The notes beneath the pieces are model-generated. The model worked only from the letters and a program-made list of their open reading frames with translations. It had not been told where the DNA came from and searched no databases. DNA of 64,000 nt from the NCBI GenBank assembly GCA_973895155.1, contig OZ316894.1:16112699-16176698 (forward strand), written 5' to 3'. The position numbers and the translations under genes are program-made. Below, piece after piece: positions 49,401-60,499 of the stretch (position 1 is the stretch's first letter; each line of letters opens with the position of its first letter). This DNA is from Marsupella aquatica (taxonomy: Eukaryota; Plantae; Marchantiophyta).

Positions 49401-51424
49401 GAAGTTGCAAGATAAAGATCCCCAAGATGTCCTGAAGCCTGTCGATCTCCTGCACATGGAAAACGCTTTAGTTGCTCATCATACTTCAACACTAAAGCTC
49501 CAGGTCCCCAGGGTCTATCAGGTCTCTCCAGGAACTACTTCATGGGCAGTCTCTTCCAAATTCGATTGCAAACTAATCACCGGCTTATTTTTAAGGTTGA
49601 TTGGGTCAATGAACACAACAGACATGTACAATCAAATGGCACAGATAACGCAAGACATTGACTCCATGATATCAATTACTCACTTTGGCACCATCACAAA
49701 TGCCTTTCATCACTTTCGCCAAATGAATCATTTCATTGATAATTCTGTTTTGAATATCGTCCACAATATCATCTCTTAAGAACAAGTGTCTTTCAGGATT
49801 ATGTGAATCATTCCTGACATCTTCAGAGCTGCAACTATCTTCCTCGGATTGTCCAGTGAACCTGCAAAGTTCGAGCAAGCCTGGTACTGCCTCTTTGAAA
49901 AATTCCGTTGTTCGTCTGCTGATACGTGGAAAGACTTTTGACAGCACAAAATCGCGTTAGAGATCTGGAAACCTCCTGAAATACAGACGGGTGAGCCTCG
50001 CCTAAGACAAGCCTCAAATTGCAGGTTCTTGCGAGGCACAAACCATACTGCGTGGCTCAATGCTGCTGCGTCAGAGAGAAATTGGTTTTACGCAGTCATG
50101 ATAATGATGGTAACTACTCTTGATTGATGAAGCTTGAAAATACTCTGACGTAGTCTTGCATAAATACATATGCATGCAGTATGACTTATGACTGACAGTC
50201 AAACTGATGTATCAGGGGGCATGCGGACAACGGATGTGTAGTCAGTACATCCCAATGATGACATCCTTCGACAGGAGTGCAAGAATTAAAGTGACCAGGA
50301 AGACTACTTTGTAAAGAATCTAAGAACTACTCTTCTAACAAAACTTAGAAGCACTGATTAAGTTCAGTCTCCAGCAAATCACGAAAGACCCTTGAACCTC
50401 CACAGATTTAAGGTTTATGTGAAGAAAAAGATGAGATAATCAAATTCAAGGGAACTTCTAATCAACAGAGGATTGAATTGACCCTTGCTCGAGTTCACAC
50501 TTTTACCACATGGCTCTGGAAAGGTAACGTTAACGCACAGAACAGATCTTACCTGGAAAAAACAAGTACGCTGAAAGGAACAGTGCCCTTACCTAACGAG
50601 ACGCCCCTTACAAGAGGAAGACAAAGATACAGTGTTTCAGCTTTAGAGTATATATTGATAGCCTGCAGAAGAAACGGATGCTTCAGAAAGAAGGTAAAGA
50701 GAAGACATCTGCCGTTCTGCTATGTCTGCTGCTCGAGGCGCAGACACATCCTCGCCTTCACCGAATCCTTCAGCCACTCGGCCATTATCCAAGCAATGTC
50801 TTCGTCCAGATTATCTTAAGGTTCAGCAGACATTAGTCTGGAAAATAACTCAGAGGTTCAAGCAGGAGTCGTGCTACAATTTCCTTTCAACATTCTACTG
50901 CGGCCCGAAAGAGAATCCTTACCATTGACCGGGTACGTTTCTAGGTCTACATGGAAAGAGTACATCAGTCAGATTATGTCAAAAACAAACCTCAAAAAAC
51001 GCGGTGAACATCTCTCTGGCAGGATCGAATGCTGTAGCTAAACCTTGGATTAATAGAGTAGAGCTTTCTTGGCATTCCTTAGACACTCCGGCATACTGCA
51101 CAACCACTTTCGGTAGCTCAACACCGACGAGGTCCATGAGTTCCTGTCCACAGCAGAACAATTCATGCATATGAGCGAGACAAATTCACACTCCAAAATG
51201 AGTCCTTTCGACAATTTGGAATACGTAACAAATTCAACCTGTGACTCTAAGTTGATCAATCTTACTTTGCCGGAGGATGCCGACGGATCCAGCAAGGACC
51301 TCGCCTCCTGTAGGAGACCCTTGCATTCCAATTCCCATTCCGTTCCCCTATCTTCAACCTTAAAAGGCGCCATCAGAACATCCACAAACTGACCGACCGA
51401 ATCATCACCCCCTCCAGCCTGCAT
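46485..51424 (-). CDS. ALF4: Aberrant lateral root formation 4 / glomulin-family protein, multi-exon
   Basis: Exons encode LVGVELPKVVVQYAGVSKEC, DPAREMFTAFFE, CLPLVRGVSLVFPRISRR..FFKEAVP, VLGALNLYRFLLIRES, KTNYT and VLYRCLEIVEELL, matching motifs I recall from plant ALF4. Not all internal exon boundaries were resolved. Confidence 0.85.
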
Positions 51425-52559
51425 TTCACCAGCAGAGCACAGAACGGGAAGATGTGTTAATTCATCATTAGTCGCTTTGGCAGTTCCAGCAGGTGTGTCA
51501 ATAATTTTTCAAATCTGGCAGAGTCAACTGGCAGGCAGGCAGGAAGGTAGTGCCAGGATTGCGGTTCAAAATAAGACTAAACAACTGTACAAGAATGTGT
51601 GCAGAAATAGTCCGACAGTTCCGTAATAAAACAAAGCTGCCGTTACGGGACACAGACATGAATTTCCTGATGAATTTCTCCAATGGATCCACTCACTGAT
51701 TGAATGGACGAATAGCGTCGGGCAGGACAGGGCAGCGCAGGTGCAAGGCAGTGGTTATATCTTCACCTTGCTAGTCTAACAGAGGACTGATCCAGCATTA
51801 AACTTGCTGAAAGAAGAAACTATCTCTGTGTGACAGGTAAATTAACTTGAACGGACGTCCAATTTGTAGCAGAACTTTCCATTTTGCATCTAGAGAGAGA
51901 TGAAACTTACGTTGCAGCAGGCAAGTGCAGCTGTACGCAGCCGATCAGCCGCGGGCATGGGCGAGGAAGTCATATTAATAAGCAATCCAGATTGATCGTT
52001 TTCTTTGGAGCTGCTGTTGCGGCACTATCCCACAGCTCTCTGAGGATTCAGCTCGAGCCGAGCTATGAGAGCAAGGACGGGAACTATAAACTCGTTAGAG
52101 TACCTCGGGCTCTGTCTGCTGTTCATCCAGAATGGAATGGAATTGATTCGAATGCAACCAAAAGGCGAAACAGGGGCGAAACAGGGGCGCTACAGGTAGA
52201 GTTCGTACTTCATGAAAATAATGATGCTTCACGACATTTCCATTTAGCCTCTAGACATGGCTTATCATGTCTATGAAAACTCATGTCAAATGATACCGCA
52301 TGTTATGATTTCTATTTACATTAAAAAATGTGTGTTTTATAGCCCCACCATATCATATGTGCATACAATGATTTCTATTTACATTAAAAAAATTGCATTT
52401 TTATGGCCTCACCATAACATATTTGCATTGCATAGAAAAGAGTATGCTATGTTATGTATGATTATTTAAAATGATGACATGCATAATAGGTTTTTTTAAT
52501 CATTTCATTAATTTTCAAAGAATGTGAAAAAGGAATATATTTTGGTGACATTCTTATTA

Positions 52560-55352
52560 TACTCCCCACTATTATTCGTCGCTCTTGTCGTTTAGCCCAG
52601 GCTGGTGAATATCGTCGGGCTGTCCAGGCCCTTTCTCCCACCACACCAGCCCCCCCTGGCGAGGTCACCTCGTTGACCCTTCAGGATCTCCATCCGCAGC
52701 CCCATGATCAGCTCCCTTTATTTGTCGAGGATTTTGAGCCTGAGGAGGATCTTCAGTTTAGTAGGGACCACTTCACCTATGCCTTCCTCCATGCCTCGCG
52801 TTGTTCTGCTGGTGGCCCCTCCGGCTATGTCTTTGAGCATTTTCGTGATTTATTTCCCCCTGAGGATCCTCAGTTTGGTTTTCCAGTTTTCTTCTCCTTT
52901 TGCCAGTGTATTGCAGCCGGTCGTTTGCCTCCTCTCGTCTCTCGGCTCTTGAGTGCTTCTCGTTTATTGGCCATGGCTAAGTCTTCACCGGGTGTTCGGC
53001 CAATTGCTATTGGGGAGGTTTTTCTTCGTCTTGTGTCTCGCACACTTTCCTCACAGTTTCGCTCTGCACTATCGGATCATCTCTCTCCACATCAGTTTGC
53101 AGTTGGCGTTCCTGGCGGTTGTGAGACGGTTATTGCGGGTATTCGAGCTACATTGGACCTCCACCCTGATTGGGTTGTCCTCCAGGTTGATGTCTCTAAC
53201 GCTTTTAATACGGTTTCTCGGGCAGCCATTTTTCGTGCTTTGAGGGCGGCGGATCCAGACATCCAGTCCCTGATCCCCTTTGTCCGTTGTTTTTATGGAC
53301 TCGAGGCCCCACTCTTCTATAGTCATCATTCCTCTACAGGTGTGTATACCACTCTTTCCTCTGCAGAAGGTACACGTCAGGGTGACCCTTTGGGTGGGCC
53401 TCTTTTTGCCATTGCCCATTTTACAGCTTTACGGGAAGCTGCCATGGCCCACCCCCAGTGTATCTTCCCCTCCCTTTCAGATGACACCCACATCATTGGT
53501 CCTCCTGTCGTGGTTACTTCTGCCCTCGCCACTCTTTCCACCCATTTGATGGGCCTCGGTTTACGAGTTCAGCCTGTGAAGAGTCGTGCATGGAGTCCAG
53601 CTGGGTTACCCTCTGATCTTGTGCTTCCCCCAGGGTTCTTACGTCCAGCCGATGGTCTTCGGGTCCTTGGCTCCCCAGTCGGTACCGCCTCCTTTTGCTC
53701 ATCTTTCATCGCTGACTCTATACAGGCTGCCTTAGCCCATACTCCTATGCTCCCTAAGTTAGCAGATTCTCAGGCAGCATTTGGGATGTTGTTGAGGTGC
53801 ATCCACCCTCGTGCGTCTTATCTGGCTAGGACGCATCCCCCTACCGAGGATCTTTGTCTCCACCTTCGAGCATTTGATGTCTCCATTCGTCAGACCCTGG
53901 CCTCTCTTTTAGGTCCGGGTACGTTGCTCTCATCTCCTTGGCTTCATCGACAACTCAGTCTTCCTATTTCGCAGGGTGGTTTTGGGCTTACTTCCATTGA
54001 GAGCCTTGCACCTTTGGCCTTTTTGGGTGCATGGGCGGCCGCCTTCTCGTTGTTGGCCGATCGTTTTCTTATTGAGGATCGCCCTTTTTTACTTTCATCT
54101 CTCATGGAGGTAGAGGAGGGTTCCCTCCCGTTTCAGGTTCATTTGCGCGCAGCGCGGTCCTCATTACCAGATCCCGTTCGCGCCGCGTTACCTTCTTTCC
54201 AAGAGTTTTTATCCTTGGATCCCGTTCGTCTTCAGGCAGACCTCGCTGGGCGTATGCACACTTTCACCCTTTCCAGCATCCTCTCTGAGGCACCTGACAC
54301 GGACCGAGCTCGGATTCTTTCTTCCGGAGGGAAGGGCGCAGGTGGATGGCTTCAGGCCAATCCAATCATTCCTCATTTGCGGATGTCTTCAATGGAGTTC
54401 TCCACAGCCATGCGTCTTCGTCTGGGGCTGCCCCACCCACTTCTTGCAGGTTTACCTCCTTCTTGCACTTGTGGGAAGCCTTGTGATGCCACAGGCGTCC
54501 ATCTTCTTCGGTGCAGTTTGGGAGATGAAACCATTATTGTTCACGACGTTGTGCGAGATGCGACTGCTCAGGTTCTCTCTGGCTCTTTGGTATGCGTGCG
54601 GCGGGAGGTGGTACTCGAGTTACCTGGTCCTCCATCACAGCGGTTACGGGTGGATCTTACCATGGTCCGTGAGGGTCAACGTACTTTGGCAGATGTTGTG
54701 GTGGCAAACCCATTGCGCCAAGACATCATTGGGACAGCGGCAACTACGGCAGGGGCAGCAGCGTCACGTGCGGCAACAACGAAGGAGGCCAAATATGCTG
54801 CACGAGCTTCATCCGACAGCTTCCTCCCCCTTGCTGTGGAGCTATTTGGGCGTCTTCATCCTCAGTTTGATGGACTTCTTCGGCAAGCTGCCCGGGATGT
54901 TCATGGCCGAATGGGTCCCACCGGACCCCCTCTTTCTATTTTGACCACGCACTTTCGCCAACGCATTTCAGTCACCTTACAGCGTGCTCAAGCTCGGGCC
55001 ATCTATCGTCGATCTCTTACAGTGGGTGCTAGTGTGCCTCCGCAGCGGCTAGCTCCCCTTGAGGATGTTCCAATCCCACTTGCCGATCTAGTTTTGACTC
55101 TTGATGTGGACCATTAGCTTTTTGCCACAATCGGTAGGAATGATGAGGACCTCGGTCCGCTTGGGTTAGTTTTAGTCTCTCTCTCTTTCTTGGTTTTTAG
55201 GGGTTCCCTATTGTTCATTTCTTACTTTTAGTTCCTCTTTCTTGGTGTTTAGTGGTTCCCTTTTGCTCACTTCTTTTTCGATTGGTTTTGTCCACATGGG
55301 CCCTCTTTTGTTTGTTCATTTGTACTCTGTTTGGTCCCTTTGTATATAAAAA
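52560..55352 (+). mobile_element. 5'-truncated CRE-clade non-LTR retrotransposon (RT plus restriction-like endonuclease)
   Basis: GC content jumps at ~52560; one open frame to 55117; T-rich 3' UTR with an internal ~50-bp duplication; short A run at 55348-55352. Confidence 0.85.
52571..55117 (+). CDS. Reverse transcriptase / CCHC zinc knuckle / RLE endonuclease ORF (no ATG at the 5' end)
   Basis: GEYRRAVQAL..LQDLHP, SAGGPSG, VRPIAIGE, QVDVSNAFN, GTRQGDPLGGPLF, SLSDD, VLGSPVG, LPISQGGFG, CTCG..CDATGVHLLRC, HDVVRD, RVD...ADVVV, KEAKY, FLPLAVELFG. Confidence 0.9.
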   Translation: MIRRSCRLAQAGEYRRAVQALSPTTPAPPGEVTSLTLQDLHPQPHDQLPLFVEDFEPEEDLQFSRDHFTYAFLHASRCSAGGPSGYVFEHFRDLFPPEDPQFGFPVFFSFCQCIAAGRLPPLVSRLLSASRLLAMAKSSPGVRPIAIGEVFLRLVSRTLSSQFRSALSDHLSPHQFAVGVPGGCETVIAGIRATLDLHPDWVVLQVDVSNAFNTVSRAAIFRALRAADPDIQSLIPFVRCFYGLEAPLFYSHHSSTGVYTTLSSAEGTRQGDPLGGPLFAIAHFTALREAAMAHPQCIFPSLSDDTHIIGPPVVVTSALATLSTHLMGLGLRVQPVKSRAWSPAGLPSDLVLPPGFLRPADGLRVLGSPVGTASFCSSFIADSIQAALAHTPMLPKLADSQAAFGMLLRCIHPRASYLARTHPPTEDLCLHLRAFDVSIRQTLASLLGPGTLLSSPWLHRQLSLPISQGGFGLTSIESLAPLAFLGAWAAAFSLLADRFLIEDRPFLLSSLMEVEEGSLPFQVHLRAARSSLPDPVRAALPSFQEFLSLDPVRLQADLAGRMHTFTLSSILSEAPDTDRARILSSGGKGAGGWLQANPIIPHLRMSSMEFSTAMRLRLGLPHPLLAGLPPSCTCGKPCDATGVHLLRCSLGDETIIVHDVVRDATAQVLSGSLVCVRREVVLELPGPPSQRLRVDLTMVREGQRTLADVVVANPLRQDIIGTAATTAGAAASRAATTKEAKYAARASSDSFLPLAVELFGRLHPQFDGLLRQAARDVHGRMGPTGPPLSILTTHFRQRISVTLQRAQARAIYRRSLTVGASVPPQRLAPLEDVPIPLADLVLTLDVDH

Positions 55353-56222
55353 GTGTGTATATTTAATTTAAAATAATTAACGGTCAAAGAGTTCAAAGAA
55401 CGGGCAGTCGGGGCTAGTCTTGAATAATACACAATCACATGATTTGTGGATAATTCACCTTGATGATTCTCGAGCTGGTGGGGCTGTACATGACACACTG
55501 CCATAGAAGGAGGCAAGATCGCCAGGGAGAAAGGAGAACCACAAAGGAAGCCCAATGAGGACCAATTTAGTAAAAGGCCAAACAAAGTACAAGACAACAA
55601 AAGCAAAAAAGGTCCATCAAGAGTAAGAACCAGGAAGACCAAAGAGGCTAAAAGGGCACTAAAGCCTACTCAGCAGTAAGTTCACTATTATGTAATTTTT
55701 GGCATAATAGCGAAAAATGGAAGGAAGGAAGTATCATTGAATAATTATAAATTGCTCAAAACTTCACTACTATGTGAGGGGTGAGGCTGTTTGTTTTAGC
55801 TACTCTAGACAGATTACTCTCTAGGTTTTACTCCTGAGCTTTACAGGGTTTTTCAGATTTGCTGCTGAGTCAAAATTTGGGATGCAGACTTTTGTTTGCA
55901 ATAAAGTGCAGCCTCGCCCTTCCCATAATAGTGAATTTCCTGTCTAGCAAGGTGATGATCAGATGGACCCGGGTACTCCAATGGACCAATTGCTTCCTGA
56001 CACCCAAAATGGTAAGCATTTTAACAAAAGAAAGGTGTTATCTAGGTAAATAATATCATGTCAAAGTGATTTATGCTGGTTGCAGCAGTCCATTTGGGCA
56101 TCTTGCCAGCCATTATGGTACTGGGAAGTTTAGTTTCCTGTCTCTTCAAATTCTGTGTGTGTGTGCGCGTGTGCTTTGATTGAAGGATACCCATTTATGC
56201 AAATTTTCACTTCTTTTTTTTA

Positions 56223-56480
56223 CACTGTCTATTACTTAGGTTGAGGGAGACTCACTAATGGGATTTTTCATTTCTACACCTGTCTATTACTCTGTGAGGT
56301 TGAGGGAGACTCATGAATAGGATTTAGACACTTGTGTATGAGTTATGAGGTCGAGGGAGACTCGTTCAGTGGGTTTTGTTCCTATTTTTATTTTACACTC
56401 CATGTGTATCAGTCTATGAAGTTGAGGGAGTTCCTGTTGTTGAAGTTTGACTGCATTTGTATTAGTCTATGAGTTTGTTT
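56223..56480. repeat. Degenerate tandem repeat ~55-60 bp x4-5
   Basis: tgt.tattac...aggttgagggagactca...gg.ttt is repeated. Confidence 0.75.
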
Positions 56481-57266
56481 TGTTATTTTATACTAACCAG
56501 AAATGCGTATTAGTACTATGTTAAGGTCCTGTAGCTGCTTTTCCCAATAATTGGCATCACTGTAGGTCCACGGAGTCCTTTGGAGTGTATCAAGTTGAAG
56601 AGAAAGTCCTTTTCTCAAGTTCAACATAAATATACCAAAGCATGTGAAAATGTGCTTTCATGTGGAGTTAAACCAACCACAAGTGCATCCAACCACAAGT
56701 GCGAGCTATGGGTCTCTCATTGCACAGATCACCACACCAATTAAACACTGCCAGTCTCATTGAGTCAAGACGCAGTACCTTAGAAGGGACGTTTTCTTTG
56801 TTGAAATTGGGCGAGGCTTAGCCTTACATCCCACGAGGGCTCCGTCTCGTTAAGAATTTCAAACAGTTTGCATTCCACCGTTACATGGATGCCAAGAAAT
56901 CGTTTGCAGGTGGTGACGAGTTATTTGCAAGGTGATTCCTGCCTCGCTTCAAACTCGGAAATTTGCTCCTCCACAAAATGACATCCAATACTATATGCCA
57001 ATGATTTCGACGGAGGTTCCTCCTAATAATACGAACCTACCTAATCCATCGATGAAGTTATGGCAATCAGTCCAGACAAGGAATGACCCAGAAGTTTGCC
57101 AAATTAAGAATTAGCATTATCAGGTTTGATAAGCTCATTACACTAAGCACGTGAAAACACTCTACAGGGCCATATAACACGAATGAGTACCCCTAATGCT
57201 TTCAATTTTTCCTGCAGATAAATGGTCATTACCAGGGGACGAGAACCAGGGTTGTGACTGCAGAGC

Positions 57267-59089
57267 TTATCTTTTTGCAGTTAGCATTGTGAGTGATCTG
57301 TGTACTCGTTCCCCATGTAGCCTCTTGTGCTTAAATGCCAAAGCATTCTGATAGTTAGCTGACGATGGCCGATCACCTTCCAATAGTACTACCTTGATCC
57401 TGAATCGGCACAAAAGGGCTCGTGAGTTTGTCAACAACCCTTCTCTAATTGCTGCAAGTCATAATTCGGAAAACAAATGCCATCGATGTGGAATTGGCAG
57501 TATCAACCACGTGGTTCCATAGATTGGACTGAGTGAGAAGAAACGTTTTTTCATCATATACCTGCTAGAAGAAATAACTTCTTTACTTCCTTTGCGCTTT
57601 CCAGTACTCTTCCTCCGCTGCATAGTTTCGTCTTCTGTTGGCTTAATAATAGCTTCCCCAATTTTCCTGAAGGAAGTAACAAACTTGTATCAGTACAGTA
57701 AATAAAGAATCCGGCCGCTCACTGCCTTTGAAGCTTCCCCTGAATTTCTTGAAAATATCCATATGACACTCCAATTTAGCAGATGTAACCACGGCAGACA
57801 CAATCCGTAGATAGATTTCGTAAGCCAAGAAGTGACTCTAGCGGATGGGGGAGGAACAAGATAGCTATCAAGAACAAATGCGCGTGGTTAAAGCAACCCA
57901 TATACATACTTCTCTTGGGCAGAAAGGAAGTCGACGATCGAGGTATCAAGGAACCCGCTTATCTTCCCGGACTTCGTGAACTTTAAGTCGTGATCGTTTT
58001 GAGCTGGGTTGACACCTGCGTCCTGCACGGACTCTGCAACAGGGGCATCTTCTTGTTCATTCGACACTTCCTTCTTCTTCACAATATTCCTTTGGCGCCG
58101 TTGCTTGGCTTCGGCCTGCACTCTACACATTGATAATTGTTCAAAGTTACAACCTCTGAGCCAAGAGAACTGCACATCTCATAAACCATGAAGTTTGGAA
58201 GATAATCTCATGTTGTGAGTAAATCAATGCCACTAGGGGCTCTAGCTAACATCTCGGGAACATAGAGTGCCAAGGAAAGCTCTAGACGGGAGAAATTTTC
58301 ATCTCGAACCGGCAGAGTTACAACGACCAAAGCAGTTGGACCATCTATCACGGGACTGCTTGAGTTGAGGGCTTACCCACCTTTTCTGGTTTTCTCTCTC
58401 CTCTTTTCTGAGCTCCTGTGCCTTGTCACGGCCCTGACAACGATCAAGACACATGTTCAATCTTCAACGATTGCATTTTAAATTGTGGCTTGAGATATAT
58501 CGTTCACGGAATGAGACAGACCTGACACAAGTGCGTTTAGTTAAAGATAATAAGGAGAAGAGTTAAGATATTGTCCAAGATTTTCCACTCCGGAGAACTT
58601 ACTGGATTCCTCATAGCTTCCATGATTTTAGAATGTGCATCTGAAGAAGGGAGCCGACTAGGCTTCCTTTACTACCATTCCTAGGATTTCGGATATTTAC
58701 ACTCAAACTGAATCTAAAACAACAAAAGTTTCGCACGTGGAGGGTCATCATCAGAGGTTTAGACTTCAGTGTAAACTTCACTGGGTATGTTGCAGGGAGG
58801 TCAGTCAACAAAATTCAATCCTCAAAGGAAGGATAAAAGAAGGAGGGCAATCACTTGAGGAAAATGTGCAAACAAGGAGGACATAAGCTGGACAAACCTA
58901 AGGAAGGAACGATACAGCATGCAGCGGAAAGTTCAGTCAATTCATTGGAGAGATGGAGTCCTCTTCGACAGACGAGACGAGAGGAGAAGAGAGGAGACAT
59001 ACCGACGAGAGAGTCACTTCCTCGGGGGCGTCGTCTGCTTCGGAACCCGAATCGTGGTAAACTTCAGCTTTCCTCGGTGGTTCCACCAT
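57267..59089 (-). CDS. Small basic protein, possibly NOL7/Bud21(Utp16)-like nucleolar factor (5 coding exons)
   Basis: Spliced product: MVEPPRKAEVYHDSGSEADDAPEEVTLSS / GRDKAQELRKEERENQKR / VQAEAKQRRQR...GFLDTSIVDFLSAQEK / KIGE...SSSR / IKVVLLEG...ALAFKHKRLHGERVHRSLTMLTAKR*. Introns are GT-AG. The gene model is solid; the family call rests on the DDAPEE motif and coiled coil. Confidence 0.75.
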
Positions 59090-59496
59090 CCTGCCCAACC
59101 AGCCTTTCTCGCGAGCAGTTCCTGTCCTCTAGAAAGCTTGGACAAAATCAAATCACCTTTCGGGCCGGCCTTCTCATCACAATCTCTGTATACCGTCCTT
59201 CAGTGCAATGGTGGAACAGACTACAGTAGCTGGCAGGCTGCCTATCGAAGGATTTCCAGCCTGAATCGATTGACGAAAAACTAGGAGGAAATGGTGAAAC
59301 AGATTCGTCGCAGACGCAACTCCTTCTGCGACTCAAACTATAGGACTGTAGAGGTCGAGGGAACAATGAATGCATCGATAGCTAGACCGATGAACTGAAC
59401 TTGATTGCAATGTCTTACGGAGGGCCAACTTCTCCACTCTCAATAACGCTTTCGCTAGCATGTGAACTCCGATGAACGAAGGCATTTTTGAACCCC

Positions 59497-59512
59497 AAAC
59501 CCTAAACCCTAA
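59497..59512 (+). promoter_or_regulatory. Tandem telo-box (AAACCCTAAACCCTAA)
   Basis: Two telomere-type units ~410 bp upstream of the ATG at 59089. Confidence 0.55.
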
Positions 59513-60059
59513 GACTGACATTAGAAGATTAGAGGATGGAGCAAACTTTGGAATAGAGTAGACGATCTTTTGGTGAGTAGTCTCGTTGGCTTTCGGAGTA
59601 AACTGCCTACTTACCCCAGCATATTTTGGAAATATTATTTTATTTTATTTTGGAGGAAAATAATATAATATATTTTCCAATTATACTAACTCCTATTATA
59701 CAAGGTCAGGCCTATTTGTGCAGTGGTAGTCTTTTAAATTTGCAGTGCCAAATGTTTTTTGGAAGGAACCAAAGCAAGACAAAATACAACAAAACTGGAA
59801 AAAGGAAAACGAGATAGGGGAGAAAATGGACGGGGTAATATCAAAGAGTATTTGGCCTCCCCAATCCTCCCACCTGTCAGGCTACTTTGCACCAATTATA
59901 CAAAACCCCAAAAGTGGTCAATACTGAGTATCATGTTTGTGGCATTTGACTCAAACTGAAGTAGCACTACTGTAGTTACACAAAGCCCCAAAAGTGATCA
60001 ATATTTGTGACATTGCCACAAACAGAAGCTGAACTCATTTTTGAGAGTCAAGTGGGCCA

Positions 60060-60499
60060 ATCTTATACATTTTTTTCTTGAAGGCCAAATATAGCTTCTT
60101 ATTAGCCTATGCCCAAGTGTGCCTTTGATTTCTTTTAGGTAACAATTTATTTTAGATAACAATGTCTTTTCTATCATGACATCTTAGTGCAAAGACATTT
60201 TTTATGCAACATGTTTTATGTTATGCAATCCTAAACACAAGAATCTCTTTTGTGGAAAGACATATTTTGTATGCATTGACATCTTTTACAGAAGTATCTC
60301 TTCTGCCAAACAACTTTTCTCACGTAACAACAACTTTTCCTACATAACAGTAACAATATCTATTTTGCAACAACTTCTTTTATGCCATGAATTTTTTGCG
60401 CAACAACATTTTTACACGTTGATATCTTTGCATAACATCTTATGCATTGGCACCTTTTATACCACACCATCTTTTGTACAACGCAGGGTAAGGAGCTAG
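60060..60499 (+). mobile_element. Second, shorter and more degenerate copy of the Helitron-like family (3' end)
   Basis: catcttt-type repeats (reverse complement of the AAGATG array) end in catcttttgtacaacgcagggtaaggagCTAG|T, homologous to catcttttgtgcaatgcacgtgtattgagCTAG|T at 13246. The 5' boundary is uncertain. Confidence 0.6.

Noticed and set aside
49925-49947. ORF-track 'LSK' preceding VFPR as ALF4 coding sequence
   Set aside because: There is no AG acceptor between the in-frame stop and these codons. The branch point (ctaac) and aaag| acceptor place the exon start at VFPR, joined to GVSL from the previous exon.
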